Source: Eledone cirrhosa (lineage: Eukaryota). Taken from it: a stretch of 64,000 nucleotides of DNA. The notes under the pieces were generated by a model that did no database searches, had not been told where the DNA came from, and worked only from the letters and a program-made list of their open reading frames with translations. The stretch is from positions 16,740,001-16,804,000 of the forward strand of contig OZ024754.1 of assembly GCA_964016885.1 (NCBI GenBank). The letters are read 5' to 3'. Below, one piece after another: positions 50,410 through 64,000 of this stretch. Both the position numbers and the translations under genes were made by a program. Position 1 is the first letter of the stretch. Each line of letters opens with the position of its first letter.

Positions 50410-53044
50410 ATCTTTACTTTAATTTACTGCAAATTTTCCCCCACAGTCTGTCCACTAGCAAAGATACTGTAAATAGTTGAATTAACAAACATGGTTTTTT
50501 TTAGATGTTTTCTGCTAAATCATTACATAATGTGAAGAGTTAAGGCAGTTTTTGTATATTAACTTTGGTTTGTTGGAAGCCATTTCCCCAGTACATTAGC
50601 ATTATCATCATTTGATATCTGCTTTCCCTGCTAGCATGGGTTGGACATAGCTTACAATAATATAGATGTGTTAGAATTCTTTCATCTTCCATATGGACTC
50701 TACCTGTGAGCCTTTTCTTATGAACTCTATGTCCGGCACTTCCATATGAACTCTATGGCCTGTCAACCTTAGTCTACTATATTGCAACAGAGCTTCTGTT
50801 TACAACAATCGCTAACTCCAAAACCTCAACATCACCCTCAAAATCTCCAAAATAGATGCAAAATTTGTGAAAGACACTTTTGTGGATAATAAAAATTTAG
50901 TTATATTACTAAATCCTTCCAAATTCCTGATTATTTTCAAAATTATTTGGAAAACACAGGCAGTGTCTTTCATGAGAATTCTGATAATGAAAGGGTTCAT
51001 GAAATAATTCTAATGCAATGCTTTAGAAGCCCTTAGCAGTGAACTGTGCCTCTCCATGATATCTACTTATAGCTTGATGGGTCGAGCTATACAAGTTAAT
51101 GTTTTTGTCACACTGTGTGTATCCAGTTTAACTTTTAAGCATTTAAACCAGCCATATCCGGCCAGAATTCTCTCATCTCTTTCTGCCCAAACCAGCCGTA
51201 ACTGGCCCACTCTTACTGATGTTAAGGTATTGTTCTCAAAATAAATAATATCAAAATCTCATAGATTCAATATTATGTGAGATAATTATGTGAGGTAAAG
51301 CCTTTACAATGAAAATATAATAGTATATATAGAGTAATGTGAATGCTAATGGGTTAAAATAGGTACACCTCATTTTTGCATGTCATAAGAAGCAACTAAA
51401 GGGGTTGGTATCATCAGGAAAGTAATCTGGCTGTAAAATATTGCCTAAAAAAATTCTGTCAAACCCATGCCAAGTCAACATAAAAACAATGATGAGGATG
51501 ATGATAATGTGGTGCATCAGTACCCATGGTAGTACACAAACCTTTAGCTTTTCAAGTTGTTATTCTTGACTGTCACACTAACAACTTGCCCAATTGCAAC
51601 CTTCACGTGCAGTCAAACATTAACTTTCTTTAAAGTCTGGTCTTAATTATCAGAGTTAAAGTATGTTAAATCACAAATTATATGGATGATTAATATGTTG
51701 ACATTAGAGATGATTAAGAAGATTTTAAGTTTATTATATTTTATTTTAATGTTTGTTTTATCTGGATTCATTTAATAAATATCACAATTTATTTAACAGT
51801 AGTCTCTTCATAATGTTACAGGTTCGATAGATTTAGAGATTATATCTCAACCAATTTATAAATTTTATTAGTTTATTTTTGGAGCTTAATTTTTGTAAAA
51901 AAAAATACAATCGTGTTTGACTCAACATTTTCTCTGGTGTTCAACTAAAAAATAATTGTATTGCATGTACACATTGTCCAAACTATAGGAATGGTATTTA
52001 TCAACTTACCTCAGTAGAGATAATTCTACTTATGTTCCCTTCTCTCTTATTTCTCTCTCTTTTCATTTTCTATTTTCCATCCTTGCATGAGTTAGATGGT
52101 TTGTCATGCACTGAGGCTAAACAGGCAGGTCAGATGATTGTAGTTCCATTTTGGCATGATGTCTATTGCTGAATGCTCTTCCTAATGTCAACCATTTCAT
52201 GGAGTCTGTGTGTACTAGGTTTGCTTACTCCTGCTACTACCATTATCACCTGACAGGTGATCTATTTTCATCATACCAGCACTAGTCTTGTTGCCAGCCA
52301 GATAATGAAATCAGTAAAAAATCTTAACTGAAGTTGTACTTATAGTAGTTAAAGTCGTCTATGATTTCATAGAGCAGCAACATTTCTGTTGAATTAAAAT
52401 GATAAGTTAGTTGACACATTCTCTTCACTCCTCCATGGCTGGTAGACTTTTGGAAATAATATCCTTTCCTAATTGGAAAAATATATACTTGGAAAGCTTT
52501 CTTGCCATACGAAATACATTTGATAAATTTGCCTGCTATGCCAGCTTCACAAGCTATGATATATCTACAAATCAAGATAACTTCATAACATTGTTTTTGT
52601 CACAGTTTTCCAGCAATTTTATTAGAATGTTCTGCATTCTTTATAAAATTACAGTTTCTACATATTGATTATTTTATTTATTTTGTATTTCTTTCTGGTT
52701 ACCAGTAAAAAAACAAAAAAACAACAAATAATACTGCAATTATGTAACTTGCAAGGAAAGTATTTAATCAACCAGTCAACCATGATATTGCACACATGAT
52801 AAGAAACATGAAAGTATAAAGAATAGGTTGTATAAGGAACTTAACTAGGTGTCTGATGATATGTGAGTGTGTACATACATATATATATGTGTGTGTGTGT
52901 GTATATATGTAGGAGAAAGAAGTTGAAAATGCAATTGGAGTCTTTAAGAAAATATATTGATAATAACTTTTCAGGTTTCATATTTGTTTGATTTTCAAAA
53001 GTTAAGTGAAATAGAGATGTGTGGCTATGTTGTGATAACCACAT

Positions 53045-53164
53045 AAAAAAGCCTTACCTTCTTATATATGTATGTTGGAGACGCAGGACATGGCAGCGAT
53101 AATGAGGGACGGAGACAGCTGGAGAGAACTCGTCCATGGATCTCAGGAATTTTACCCGCCCTAG
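53045..53164 (+). mobile_element. Short 3' fragment of another RTE-like LINE
   Basis: One frame reads ..DMAAIMRDGDSWRELVHG..stop, resembling RTE C-termini. Confidence 0.45.
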
Positions 53165-53593
53165 AAATATATATATATATATATATATATATCATCATCA
53201 TCATCATCATCAACGTTTAACGTCCGTGTTCCACGCTTGCATGGGTTTGGACAGGGGTAGTCCCACTTGAGGCAAGAGTGGTTGTCATTGCTCGCATAGG
53301 ACTGTCTGGCAGGTTTTCTACAGTTGGATGCCCTTCCTAACACCAACCACATTTACAGTGTGGGTCTGGGAGGTTTTTACCGTGTTGCCTACACGGCCAC
53401 ATTACAGCGTGGACTGTGTGTTTTTTTGTCGTGACACCTACACGATCTCATTTGTTTCGGCCTGGATGGCGTGGCACCAACATAACTTTACATAGAACGG
53501 GGTGGTGTGGATGGTGTGGGGGTGGTGGTGGTGGTGGTACGGGGTGTATTTTGTTAGAGATGCCTACTGGCTGGAGTAGGTTTTACTATATAT

Positions 53594-54064
53594 TTAGGTA
53601 AGGCGGGTCTTCTCTGTTACTGAGTACCGCCAAAGGTCTCGGTCCAGTGACATTGTCTTGGAGAGGTGTAAGTGTGTGATGTCGGAGTTTATCAGCTCGT
53701 CCCAGGTTTTTCTAGGTCTGCCTATTCTGTGACTACCGTCTATCTTTATTGCCCTGCACTTTGTTATACAGCTATCGACTTTCATGCGCATCACGTGTCC
53801 ATACCAACGTAGCCTTCTCTCGAGTAAACAACATCTGATCCCTCTTATCTCTAATTTTTTCCTTAGTTCGTTTATGCTTTGCCGTTCACGTATATTACTG
53901 TTACACATCCAGCGGAGCATGCAAGCTTCGTTCCTCTCTAGTCTGCGTATATCCTCTGCACACAATGCCCAGGTCTCACTGCCATGCAGCATTGCTGTTC
54001 GTATGCAGGCATCGTACAACCTGCCTTTCATTTTTAGGGAGAACCCTTTAGCAGCTAATAGTGG
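53594..54064 (-). mobile_element. RTE LINE 3' fragment, different subfamily
   Basis: KGRLYDACIRTAMLHGSETW..RRLRWYGHVMRM..GRPRKTW..DRDLWR. Confidence 0.9.
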
Positions 54065-54658
54065 TATATATATATATATATCGACAGTCAATTGACTTTT
54101 GTCAAATTGGACTGAAGAAACAATGTTTCCATCGGTCTTTCCAATTGCTAATACTATCTATTGGTCACAACTCCAAGTAGAAGGAACAATGTGAAATAAA
54201 GTGTCTTGCCCAAGGACATAACGCATCACCCAGTCCAGGAATCAAACTCACAACCTCACAATTTTGAATCCAATTCTCTAACCACTCAGCCATGCGCCTT
54301 CACACACACACAATATATATTGCTATTTCCAATTCCACCTTTTCTCTCTCTCTCTCTAGTCCAAACGAATGAGGTCGTGTAGGTGTCACGACAAAAAAAA
54401 AAAAAAAGGAAGGACAGAAGGGAAAAAGAAAAGGGAGGAAAAAAAACACAGTCCACGCTGTAATGTGGTCGTGTAGGTAACATGGTAAAAAAGCTCCCAG
54501 TCCACACTGTAAATGTGGTTGGTCTTAGGAAGGGCATCCAACCGTAGAAAACCTGCCAGATAATTTTATACGAGTGAGACATGGTCACCCGACCAATCTT
54601 AATATTGCCAGAAATAATAACAGAACACACTCACTGTTTGGTTTGGGTTGGTTTTCGC

Positions 54659-54715
<57 letters not shown>

Positions 54716-55091
54716 TTGATGTTAAGGCAGATGCTAAATAATCATATTTATTGCATAATACATATATCAGTGACACCAGTGTACAGCCATTATGCAATCA
54801 TTACAACAGCAACTGGCATCGGTGTGACATTATCACCATCATCATCATCATATATATATATGGGGTGGTTTTGTTTTCTAGAACCAGAATTGGTTTGGGG
54901 CAGGTTGGTATCAAAACACTTAATAGTTCCCATAATCTTATGAATGTGTCAAGTATGCACATTATAACTTTGATCCCGAGATATTTTGTGAAAACTAAAA
55001 GTACAAAACCATGCTAGACAGTTTGAAGAGTTAGAAGGATGGATGGTATGTAATAGGGGCAGTAAATTGACACTATTATTAAGATAATAAA

Positions 55092-55278
55092 GGGCGGTGG
55101 ATTGGCAGTATCGGTAGAGGGTCGGACGCCATGCTTTGCAGCACAGTTACGTCCCTTTACGGACTGAGTTCAAATCCCGCCAAGGTTAACTTTGCCTTTC
55201 ATCCTTACGGGGGTCGATAAAATAGAGTACCAGTAATACACTGGGATATTTGCTGGCCTTGTGCTAAAAGTAGAAACA
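55092..55278 (+). mobile_element. SINE-M, full length, 17-bp target-site duplication
   Basis: ATTATTAAGATAATAAA at 55075-55091 and 55279-55295. Confidence 0.92.
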
Positions 55279-57137
55279 ATTATTAAGATAATAAATAACA
55301 TCTTCAGACACCTGACATTTATTGTTAGACAACACAAACATACATACACATGTATATATTAGTATGTAATGAGGTCTCCAAAAAGCTTAATAAATTTGGT
55401 GCTCATTAAAATAAAAAGAAAACTGTAGCATTAAGTGCTCGAGAGATGAAACTATTCTTGTATTTGAAGGCATCATTTCATAGAACATTGCCCTGCAATT
55501 ACAGGTTTGTAATTCAAACATATTTATATTTCTATATATATTTTGTCACTGATCATCGATATTGCTATGTATGGTAACCCATGCCAGCCTTTGTATAATT
55601 GAATTTATTTGAGTAAATGATTTTTTTAATTCAAAGCTTTATGTATACTCCATACAACTTCTCCCAAATATATCTAGATTACTTTGCTTGGGTTATAATT
55701 GCTAGGAACCTTATACATATGGTATGTTCCTGTAACTCCTTGTGGTGTCATATGGGAGCCATTTTGGCATACACGTTTTAGGGGCATTTTAAGCTTGGCT
55801 GAGCCCAACCGTCTCCAGGCCTGAGTAGAGATAGAAAGTGGGAGAGAGAAGTGAGAAAGAGATATAGAGGAAGAATCCACTCCAGTATTAGACTGGTACT
55901 TTGTTATCGACCGCGAAAGGATGAAAGGCAAAGTTGATCTCGGCGGGATTTGAACTAAGAAAGAAGAGAGCCAAAACGAATACCACAAAGCACTTTATCT
56001 GACGTTTTAACGTCTCTGTCAATTCGCTGTTTATAAATATAATACACAAAAATATATAATCAAAGAGAGGGGAAAAAGACCCCCTCCCCCCGTAAATTCA
56101 ACACTAAGTGCGTCAATCGATCACACACCACAAGGGTCAACGGAAATTTTTGAGGCAACATTACCGCGAGGCTAAGGCGCTGAAACAACCAAGCAGCCTC
56201 ACGGCTATCACCTGACACCTCACGATAAAGTGACCTCCATCTTCAGGTCTGAACACAGTCAATTTCTTCCAGAATTTGTGATAGAGTGGTAGTGCGAAAG
56301 AAATATAGAGGAAGAATCGACCCCAGTATTTCATTAGTACCCTTTTTTATCGACTTCGAAAGGATGGCTTCGAAGGGATTTGAGCGCAGAGAGGTGGAAC
56401 GAATACCTCAAAGCATTCTTTTTATCCGACACATGTACATTATATAATATCTTACATAGAAAAATATGTTCTGTGGTGATTCTACGGCTACTTCTAGCAA
56501 GTCAAGGGACCACGTTGAGGCTCCCTTGCTGGATTTAAAGCAAAAGGGAAAATGTAAAACACGGAAGTGTTAAGGCGAAAAGAAATATTGTTAAAAGAGT
56601 TATAATGCAGACAGACTTGCGCCATTGATGTTGACAATAGCATTACTAACATGGATAACACATGGTTATAACAATGGCTTTCCGCAACCAATTCAAGAAT
56701 CCGTGTTCAGTTGCTGAATGTACAAACATTCAAGGAAAAGTATAATGTCTATATTATTGAAATATCGTGTTATTTTGATTTCTGATACAGGAGGGGAAAA
56801 AAACTAATTTCTTTAGCTGTTGAAGTTGGATTACTTAATTCTATTGATATATGATTAATGAAAATATTCTAATAATAGGAAGATTTAGTCCACTAACTGA
56901 TCTTTCTCGGGCTCCAAATTTTATTTTTCTTCGTTTTTGCTGTTCCATTATTGGAAGTAAGAAGTCATTGACTCGTTTATTTACTGAATTCTAAACGATC
57001 TTATTACATACAGCATATATCTATCTATATAATCAAAAGTTAGTTTCGTTATTTACTTTCACTTCGGAAAGACAAATGTTGATTCATATTTGCACATTAA
57101 TTGCATTATAAATAGGAAAAGAAATTTTAAATATTGT

Positions 57138-57582
57138 TTAACCTTTTCGTCACTGTATTTCTAATGAAATACTCTGTTTCAATTAATTAATGAAGAATTT
57201 TGAAGGGTGTACTAAAGTTATTATTTCATTACGAAGATAGTAACTTAACATATTGGTTCTTATATGAAATCACGATATAGATGTTAATTTAAAAAGGACA
57301 ATTTTGTTCCACAGAAGCAGACAGACCCAGTTAAATCTTTTGATCCCAAACCATCCCTGATTCTATGATACGAAACTGTCTATTAGAAAATATTTTATAT
57401 AAGTTGAAACCTGTTCTCAAAATGTCACGAAAGAACTTTCGATTATGTTACTTCAAACAACTTCTTCATAATAGGCGAATCAGTTATTTAACTAAATCCT
57501 TCAAAATCTTTGATAATCATAAACATTAATTGAAATATATGAAAAATATACTTTGTTAGAAATATGATTACAAAAGGGTTAA
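57138..57582. mobile_element. piggyBac-type MITE family B (about 445 bp)
   Basis: TTAACCTTTTCGTCACTGTATTTCTAAT ... TTAGAAATATGATTACAAAAGGGTTAA. Confidence 0.65.
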
Positions 57583-58499
57583 CAATTAGAACCAATATTT
57601 CCAATAATGAACTGTGAAAAATAAATCGTATGACTTCATGATCTAGTTGTTTTTAATTGCTAATATAATAATTAAATAATTGTTTTAATAATAATTCTAA
57701 TTTTTGCGACGTTTCTTTCTAACCACTTTAGTGTTAATTTTCAAGTTGTTCTTTGGTCACCTCAAGAGAACCTTAACATTTTAACATATGTTATTTATGT
57801 ATATATTTAAAACATATTTGCAATGTAAATTCAATTGTAATAAACTGGGTTATGTTAACTCTTGATGCCAAACCTCACTTGGTTTTACAATACAAAATTC
57901 TTTATTTTAAAGCATTTATTTTTTATCTAGAAACCTTCCATCATAATTTTATGTTAGCACCTTTGTTATGTGCCAAACACCAGTTTAATAATTGTTTCTA
58001 CTTTTGGCACAAGACCAGCAATAACCCAGTACATTACTGGTACTTTATTTTATCGACCCCGTAAGGATGAAAGGCAAAGTTAACCTCGGCGTTTAATAAT
58101 GTTTAGAAATAAGAAATATGGTAATGGAAGGAATAAAATATATTTATGTTTTAAACCATTGTATTTTTCCTTCTTCAAAAAACTCAACATACAACACTTG
58201 CATTTAATATTAAGGGGAGCCCTTCTAGTCGGGTCAAACGAAACGTTGAAAGACGACACTGAAGATTTGCGCTGCTAAAATGTATTTGAGTCTGTACTGT
58301 ATCAAAGATGTTTATGCAATGTAGTTTAGACCCCACACCCCCTCGGACTGTATTCCCAAAGATGGCAAAAGAAAGAACGAGAACGAACAAGATGGTGTTG
58401 GGATGACACGAAATAAGTTGACACGAATTGTAGATTAGAAACCTGTAAACTGAAAATTATGGGGTGTAAAGAGGACATGGTAAATTTTTATTATATTCG

Positions 58500-58850
58500 T
58501 CGGACATGCTTTGTGGCTTAGAGTTACGTCCCTTTGCGTTCTGGGTTCAAATCCCGCCGAGGTTAACTTTGCCTTTCATCCTTACGGGGTCGATAAAATA
58601 AAGTACCAATAACGCACTGAGATCGATTTAATCAACTTTCCCCTCCCTCAAAATTGTTGACCTTCTGTCTTGGCAGTAGTGGTGGAGCGTCAGACACCAT
58701 GCTCTGCGGCATAGAGTTATGGCCCTTTACATTCTGAGTTCAAATCTCGCCGAGGTTAAATTTGCCTTTCATTCTTACAGGGTCGATAAAATAAAGCACC
58801 AGTAATGCACTGCGATAATTGCTGGCCTTGTGCCAAAAGTAGAAACAATT
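58500..58850 (+). mobile_element. Two tandem SINE-M copies
   Basis: Two head+central domains; TTATTATATTCG flanks the pair. More SINE-M pieces at 55870-56030, 56300-56430, 57992-58091, 60978-61078, 61157-61308 and 63025-63165. Confidence 0.85.
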
Positions 58851-60309
58851 ATTATATTCGCCCTCGTGGGGGATATTATGGAGCCCTTCGGTGGGAGGAA
58901 TCACAGAAAACGAATAATTTACGATAACTATAATAATAATAATAATAATTTACCGAAGGCCCTTTTACCCTTCGGTGAGAAAATTATGGCTGAATTGATT
59001 GATTGAGTCGTTGTACGAGTCAGAAAGTATTCAATACCCAGTGAATCTTCACGTCATTATTATCAATGACATTATATAAAAAACAAATGTGAAATTGACA
59101 TCTCCCAATCAGTGAACCGTAATCCCATTACATTAACACGCAACTTTATTTTAGTTAAACCATGAAATATTGTCGTCAGTTTTAAAGACAATTATTGCAA
59201 ATACGATAATCTTTAACTACAACCACTGACGTTAGTTTAATTCGTGCATGAAGCGACATTTGTTTTGCTTTAATATGTAATGTAGTGGTTTTCGTGTTTT
59301 TTTTTTTTTCCAAAATGATTATATGGTGTATGGTTAAAGTTTTATTGATATGGAAAGGCTACATCTCAACAAGACCTAACTTGCCTTAACCCTAGCATTT
59401 ACATTACTCTATATTTACTATTGTATTTTTGTGGTAAAGGCTTTATCTCACATAATATCGAATCTATGATATTATTTATTTTGAGAACAATACCATAACG
59501 TCAGTATGAGTGGCCGGTTTGAACAGAATGACGTGAGAGAATTCTGGCCGGATACAACCAGGTTAAATGCTAAAGGGTTAGATATTGATTGGATGTAAGC
59601 TTCAGTGCCAGTGTCCCTTTGTAATGTGTTATTGAGTGTGTAGTGTAGGTATTCTAGCCTCCCACACTTTTAAATAGTGTGTTTATTTGTATGTACATTT
59701 ATGTGTGTGTGTGTGTGGGGGGGGGGGTATATATTTCTGGAATCACTCTGGCGACGAACAAAGTACCACGAAGTATTGGTGAAGGTGAAGTGGGGTTCAA
59801 CAGGTCAGGATTTAATTGAATTCATTTGGTGTGACAATATTAGTCATATAATAAATATTGAATACAAAGGGTAGATTAGGGTCAATAGTGTAAAATTACA
59901 CACACATGTACACCAGGTCCGAACACAGAGGGGCCGAACTAACACTCATCGCTCCCGTCTCTCTCTCTCGAGGTATTTAGTTAAGGGCTTTAGTGTTTTT
60001 TTCGTTCAAATCTCGACGAGGTGAATTTTGCCTTTCATTCATACCGGTTTAGTATTGCAGTCGATTTAATTTCTCAATAAAACACTCTAGAGATGGCTGG
60101 AATTATAGTTAATTTTCTAAACAGACAAGGTAGCGAATAACACTGTTATGGTTTACCCGAGGCTAAACAACAATGCTTCTAAAACAATGGTAAAAGTAGT
60201 GTCGTAAATATTAAAATATAAATTAAATCACACCCCGTAACTCCTTGAATTATGAATATAGAAATATTTAATCATTCAAATGTCTGTAAACTGAGCATCG
60301 TTGGCTTTA

Positions 60310-60532
60310 TATAGCTTCCAGAAGCGGCCTATCACGGGAAAACATGTGGGTGACGGATCGGTGAGAAGTATGCCATCTTTGAAGCCATATACGTCCCATC
60401 CATCATGGAGAGTTTAGTGTAAATATATTGGAAATGGATTATACGCGCATCGCTTTTTACTTCGCTTGCCTCGTTTGTTTAGTATTCACGAGGAAGTTGA
60501 AATATCGATCTTGGAAGCTGATCACCGTGAGT
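60310..60532 (+). promoter_or_regulatory. Candidate promoter / first exon of a host gene
   Basis: Unique, CpG-rich sequence; YY1-like GCCATCTT; ATG at 60434 in good context with 31 open codons ending at a GTGAGT donor (60527). No homology recognised. Confidence 0.25.
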
Positions 60533-63500
60533 GTTAGACATTTTTGTTTTTAATTAACAAGGCAATCGAACAGAAAATCAAATTATCTTATCGTATTATC
60601 ATAATTTTAATTTGACAGGGCAACCTAATAGAGAAACATATTTTATCGTACTTAAAAAAAAATCAAAAACATTATAGTCGTTCTGTCAATATTTTAATTT
60701 TCGATAATATGTTTTAGTCTTAGGTCCAGGTGTCATCAAACAGATTTTAAGTAATTAAGGTGCTGTTTAACGACCCTTTCAGTTAGCAATATTCACCCCT
60801 GGCGTATGAGTTTTCCTTACCCTGCTAATCGCCACTTTATAGGTATGGACATCATAATATAGCATATAGCTGTTCATTTCTTTCACTAAATTTCTATTTA
60901 ATCTAAAATGAACTATTGCCTATTGTAACATTCATCAATGTTTACACAGCTTCTAAAAAACCAAAACATCCGTGTATAACTTTGCCTTTCATCCTTACGG
61001 GGGTCGATAAAATAAAGTACCAGTAAGAAAGTACACTGGGATAATTTCTGGCCTTGTGCCTTTGTAGAAACAATTATTTCACCCTACTTGCAACTATCAA
61101 AAATATAACCGAATAACAACAATCAACAGTAATAATAATTACTATTATTATTTTTATGTTCTGAGTTCAGATCCCGCCGAGGTGAGCTTTGCTTTCATCC
61201 TTACGGGGTCGATAAAATAAAGTACCAGTAATACACTGGGGTCAATTTAATCGACTTTCCCCTCTCCTTCAAATTGCTGGCCTTGTGCCTAAAGTAGAAA
61301 CGATTATCATTTATTTACAAAAGTGAATAATTTCGAAAGTCGTTACTTTCGTTAAACAGGTGTTTAATATGCTAAGGTATTTCAATCTGATCTCTACTGG
61401 AAACAGTCACTGTAAGGTGATACTAAGAAGTAGGATGAAGTAATTGAAGCCGCCGAGAACACGTGTCTGCTAATGAGAAAAAAGTACTATGCAAATCTAC
61501 GTATGTTGATGTCAATGTTTAGCTCGATTTCATTTGATCTCTTATAAATTTGATTATTATTTTAATTCCCCTGGTGTATAACAGTCGTAGTTATTTACAT
61601 TTTATTTTAACAATTATGAATTTCTTTACAACTTATTCTCGAAATATTTACCACTGTGGTATTTGTTTATTTATTTATTCGCGTATTTAGATAGAATTAA
61701 AAAAAAAAATGTTTTTCAAAGTATTTTATATTTTCATTCATTGCACAAATTTCTTTGCTATAGAATTCTGGCAAGATATTCATTAAGAAAAAAAAAAAAA
61801 AATCCTATTTTATAGATAATGTTAATCTTGCAGATTTCAACTGATGCCTCTAGTTATTTAATTGATTCGATACCCTCCCTATCCAATTATGTAACTCGAA
61901 ATAATTCAATTTCACTCACTATTGTAGAACATTTTCAATATTACTTTTTGTAATATAGTTTTACAAACACACGCATATATGTATATATAATCGATTTTTC
62001 TTATATGCTGTGTTGAAAATATATCTTTTTATAATGAATTTATATTATTTTGAATATTTTCGGAGGGATGGGTAGTGGTGGTGTGGTATTTTGTTTTATT
62101 TTTTTATTTTTCGTAAATATTGAATTTCCTACATCTTCCCTAATAATACAGGTAATTTATATACATGTACGGAGAAGCGGTTACAAACCTTTCCTCTCTA
62201 ATTTCTAAATACTCATTTTAAGACGATCTTTTTATTTCGATTTTCTTGTTTGAAACGTATCATTGCTTTATATAATATCACGTTCCTCATTTGCTTATTA
62301 ATTCCTCTCAAACTTGTCTGCACAGGAAGTGTTTTGCCCCAAACACGTTGTAATGGAACTTTTGGCAATAGAATTGGTTCAGTAATTGGTATACAGAATC
62401 AAAGACCATGTTAATTTTCTTCATGGAACAGTTGGATAGAATAATGGGAAGATTGTAAGAACCCATTTGGGCTAGACTATTTTGATTTTATATATGTAGC
62501 AATTAACATTTGTATAGTCAGTCGCAGCAGGCACCTTGTGTAGACTTTCACATGAAATCTGAAGACTGATGGTATTTATCGTGGATCTCGCGTCAAGTTT
62601 CTGAATGTTTCCTTATCGTCTGCACCCCATCCCCTCACCGCTGGCTGTCATTGCTCCCTATATCATTATTATCAGTGAAAATATTTGTCTATTTGACTAC
62701 AACTGGTTCGATGTGTATTTTGGATAAAATATACGAATAGGCTATGTAACCGGTAAACCCTAAAGGGACGCAACACACATCACTATAGCGTTTCACCAGC
62801 CCCTTCCTTCAGTTGTCTGTTTATGTAATTACGTGTAGATGTGTGTATGTAACTAAAGCGTAGCGTACATTACCAATGGACGACTAAATGATTTTAACTT
62901 GTTTTTTAACAATTGATGGAAAGATTTCAAAGTGTCTTAACTTGGACCGTAGCTCATGGTGTCTGACACTCTTACCGGCTACATAGCCTCTTTCAAAATA
63001 TATCTAAAGTTTTTTTGTTTTTTTTGCCCTGATTTCAAATCTTGCCGGTGTCAACTTTGCAATTAATTCTTCCAGGGTCGGTAATATAAAGTACTGGGCA
63101 CTGGGCTCGATGTATCGGCTTCTCCCGCCCCACAAATTGTTGGCCTTGTACTTAAATTGGAAGCCATTAATATACAGAACATTAAACACCGCAAAGTAGT
63201 TATATTCTAAGTTGAAGGTTTTTGTTGAACTATCTTCCTATTTTATTTATCTTGAGATACAAATTTATATAATTCTGCCTTAAGCAAGTTTTCCTCCTTT
63301 CAGCTGTCTTATATAGTTCTCATTGTCTCTTGTATCAGCACATTACCATTTCTATACTGTTAACAATATTTCTTCCAATAATTTGCTGGAAAAGGAGTTA
63401 TTCAACATCACTTTAGTCTATTTTTAGTAAATATGATCCCATGAGTAAATGGTGCATCTTAAATATTGATTTTCTTGTATTTTTAGACTTGTCTTTCTCT

Positions 63501-63808
63501 GCCTATGGATACAAAACAACTTGTTTGAGTATATGACTCAGCAATTTAGAAAAGTGGGTGCTTTCATCTCTTGTTAGTTTCAGTATTTCTTACATAATCT
63601 TACCACCATATCAATTTCTAGCAGATTAGCCTATCTACTTAGATTTCATAGGAATCATTCAGTTTTCAGGCACTTTTCACTGCCCATGTTACAATGTTTT
63701 AGCAAGTTTATATATATATAAATGTAATCTGAGTTTTTCGAATATTAATAACATTTGATTCGTTTGCAATTATGCAGACAAGCCTCTATTCTTTATATAT
63801 ATATATAT

Positions 63809-64000
63809 ATGGAGGCACATGGCTTAGTGGTTAGAGCATTGGCCTTGCAATCGAAAGGTTGTGAGTTCAATTCTCAGACCGGGTGATGTGTTGTTTCCTT
63901 GAGCAAGACACTTTATTTCACATTGCTCCAGTTTACTCAGCTGTAGAAATGAGATGATAGGGACTGGGGTCCCTATCATTCCACTGCAAAGTGGTCGTGG
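63809..64000 (+). mobile_element. SINE-A, runs off the window edge
   Basis: Consensus head and core. Confidence 0.92.

Noticed and set aside
52324-52575. Very old RT fragment (GIAGKFIK..FPIRKG)
   Set aside because: Resemblance too weak without a profile search.

Overview
AT-rich eukaryotic genomic DNA made up mostly of mobile elements and simple repeats. The SINE families look like those I know from octopus/coleoid cephalopod genomes (inference, not searched). There is no confidently supported host protein gene, and almost all long ORFs in the track are microsatellite or satellite artefacts. Contents: a GC-rich CRE-clade retrotransposon remnant; an R4/Dong 3' fragment; a near full-length but broken RTE LINE plus several 3' fragments; two tRNA-derived SINE superfamilies, one carrying both the 5' motif and the 3' tail of that RTE LINE; Penelope-like element (PLE) remnants with inverted terminal copies; piggyBac-type and mariner-type MITEs; a 5S rRNA-derived segment abutting a SINE; a 6.1-kb 29/30-bp satellite; and several minisatellites seeded from TE ends. 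The most striking signal is at the RNA-structure level. About ten minimal type I hammerhead ribozyme motifs with palindromic stem III occur, often inside long fold-back palindromes embedded in (TA)n. There is also a multi-copy fold-back element that keeps only the GAAAC...GUC half of a hammerhead, and SINEs built from tandem hairpin+pseudoknot modules. All structures were read by eye and none was computed.
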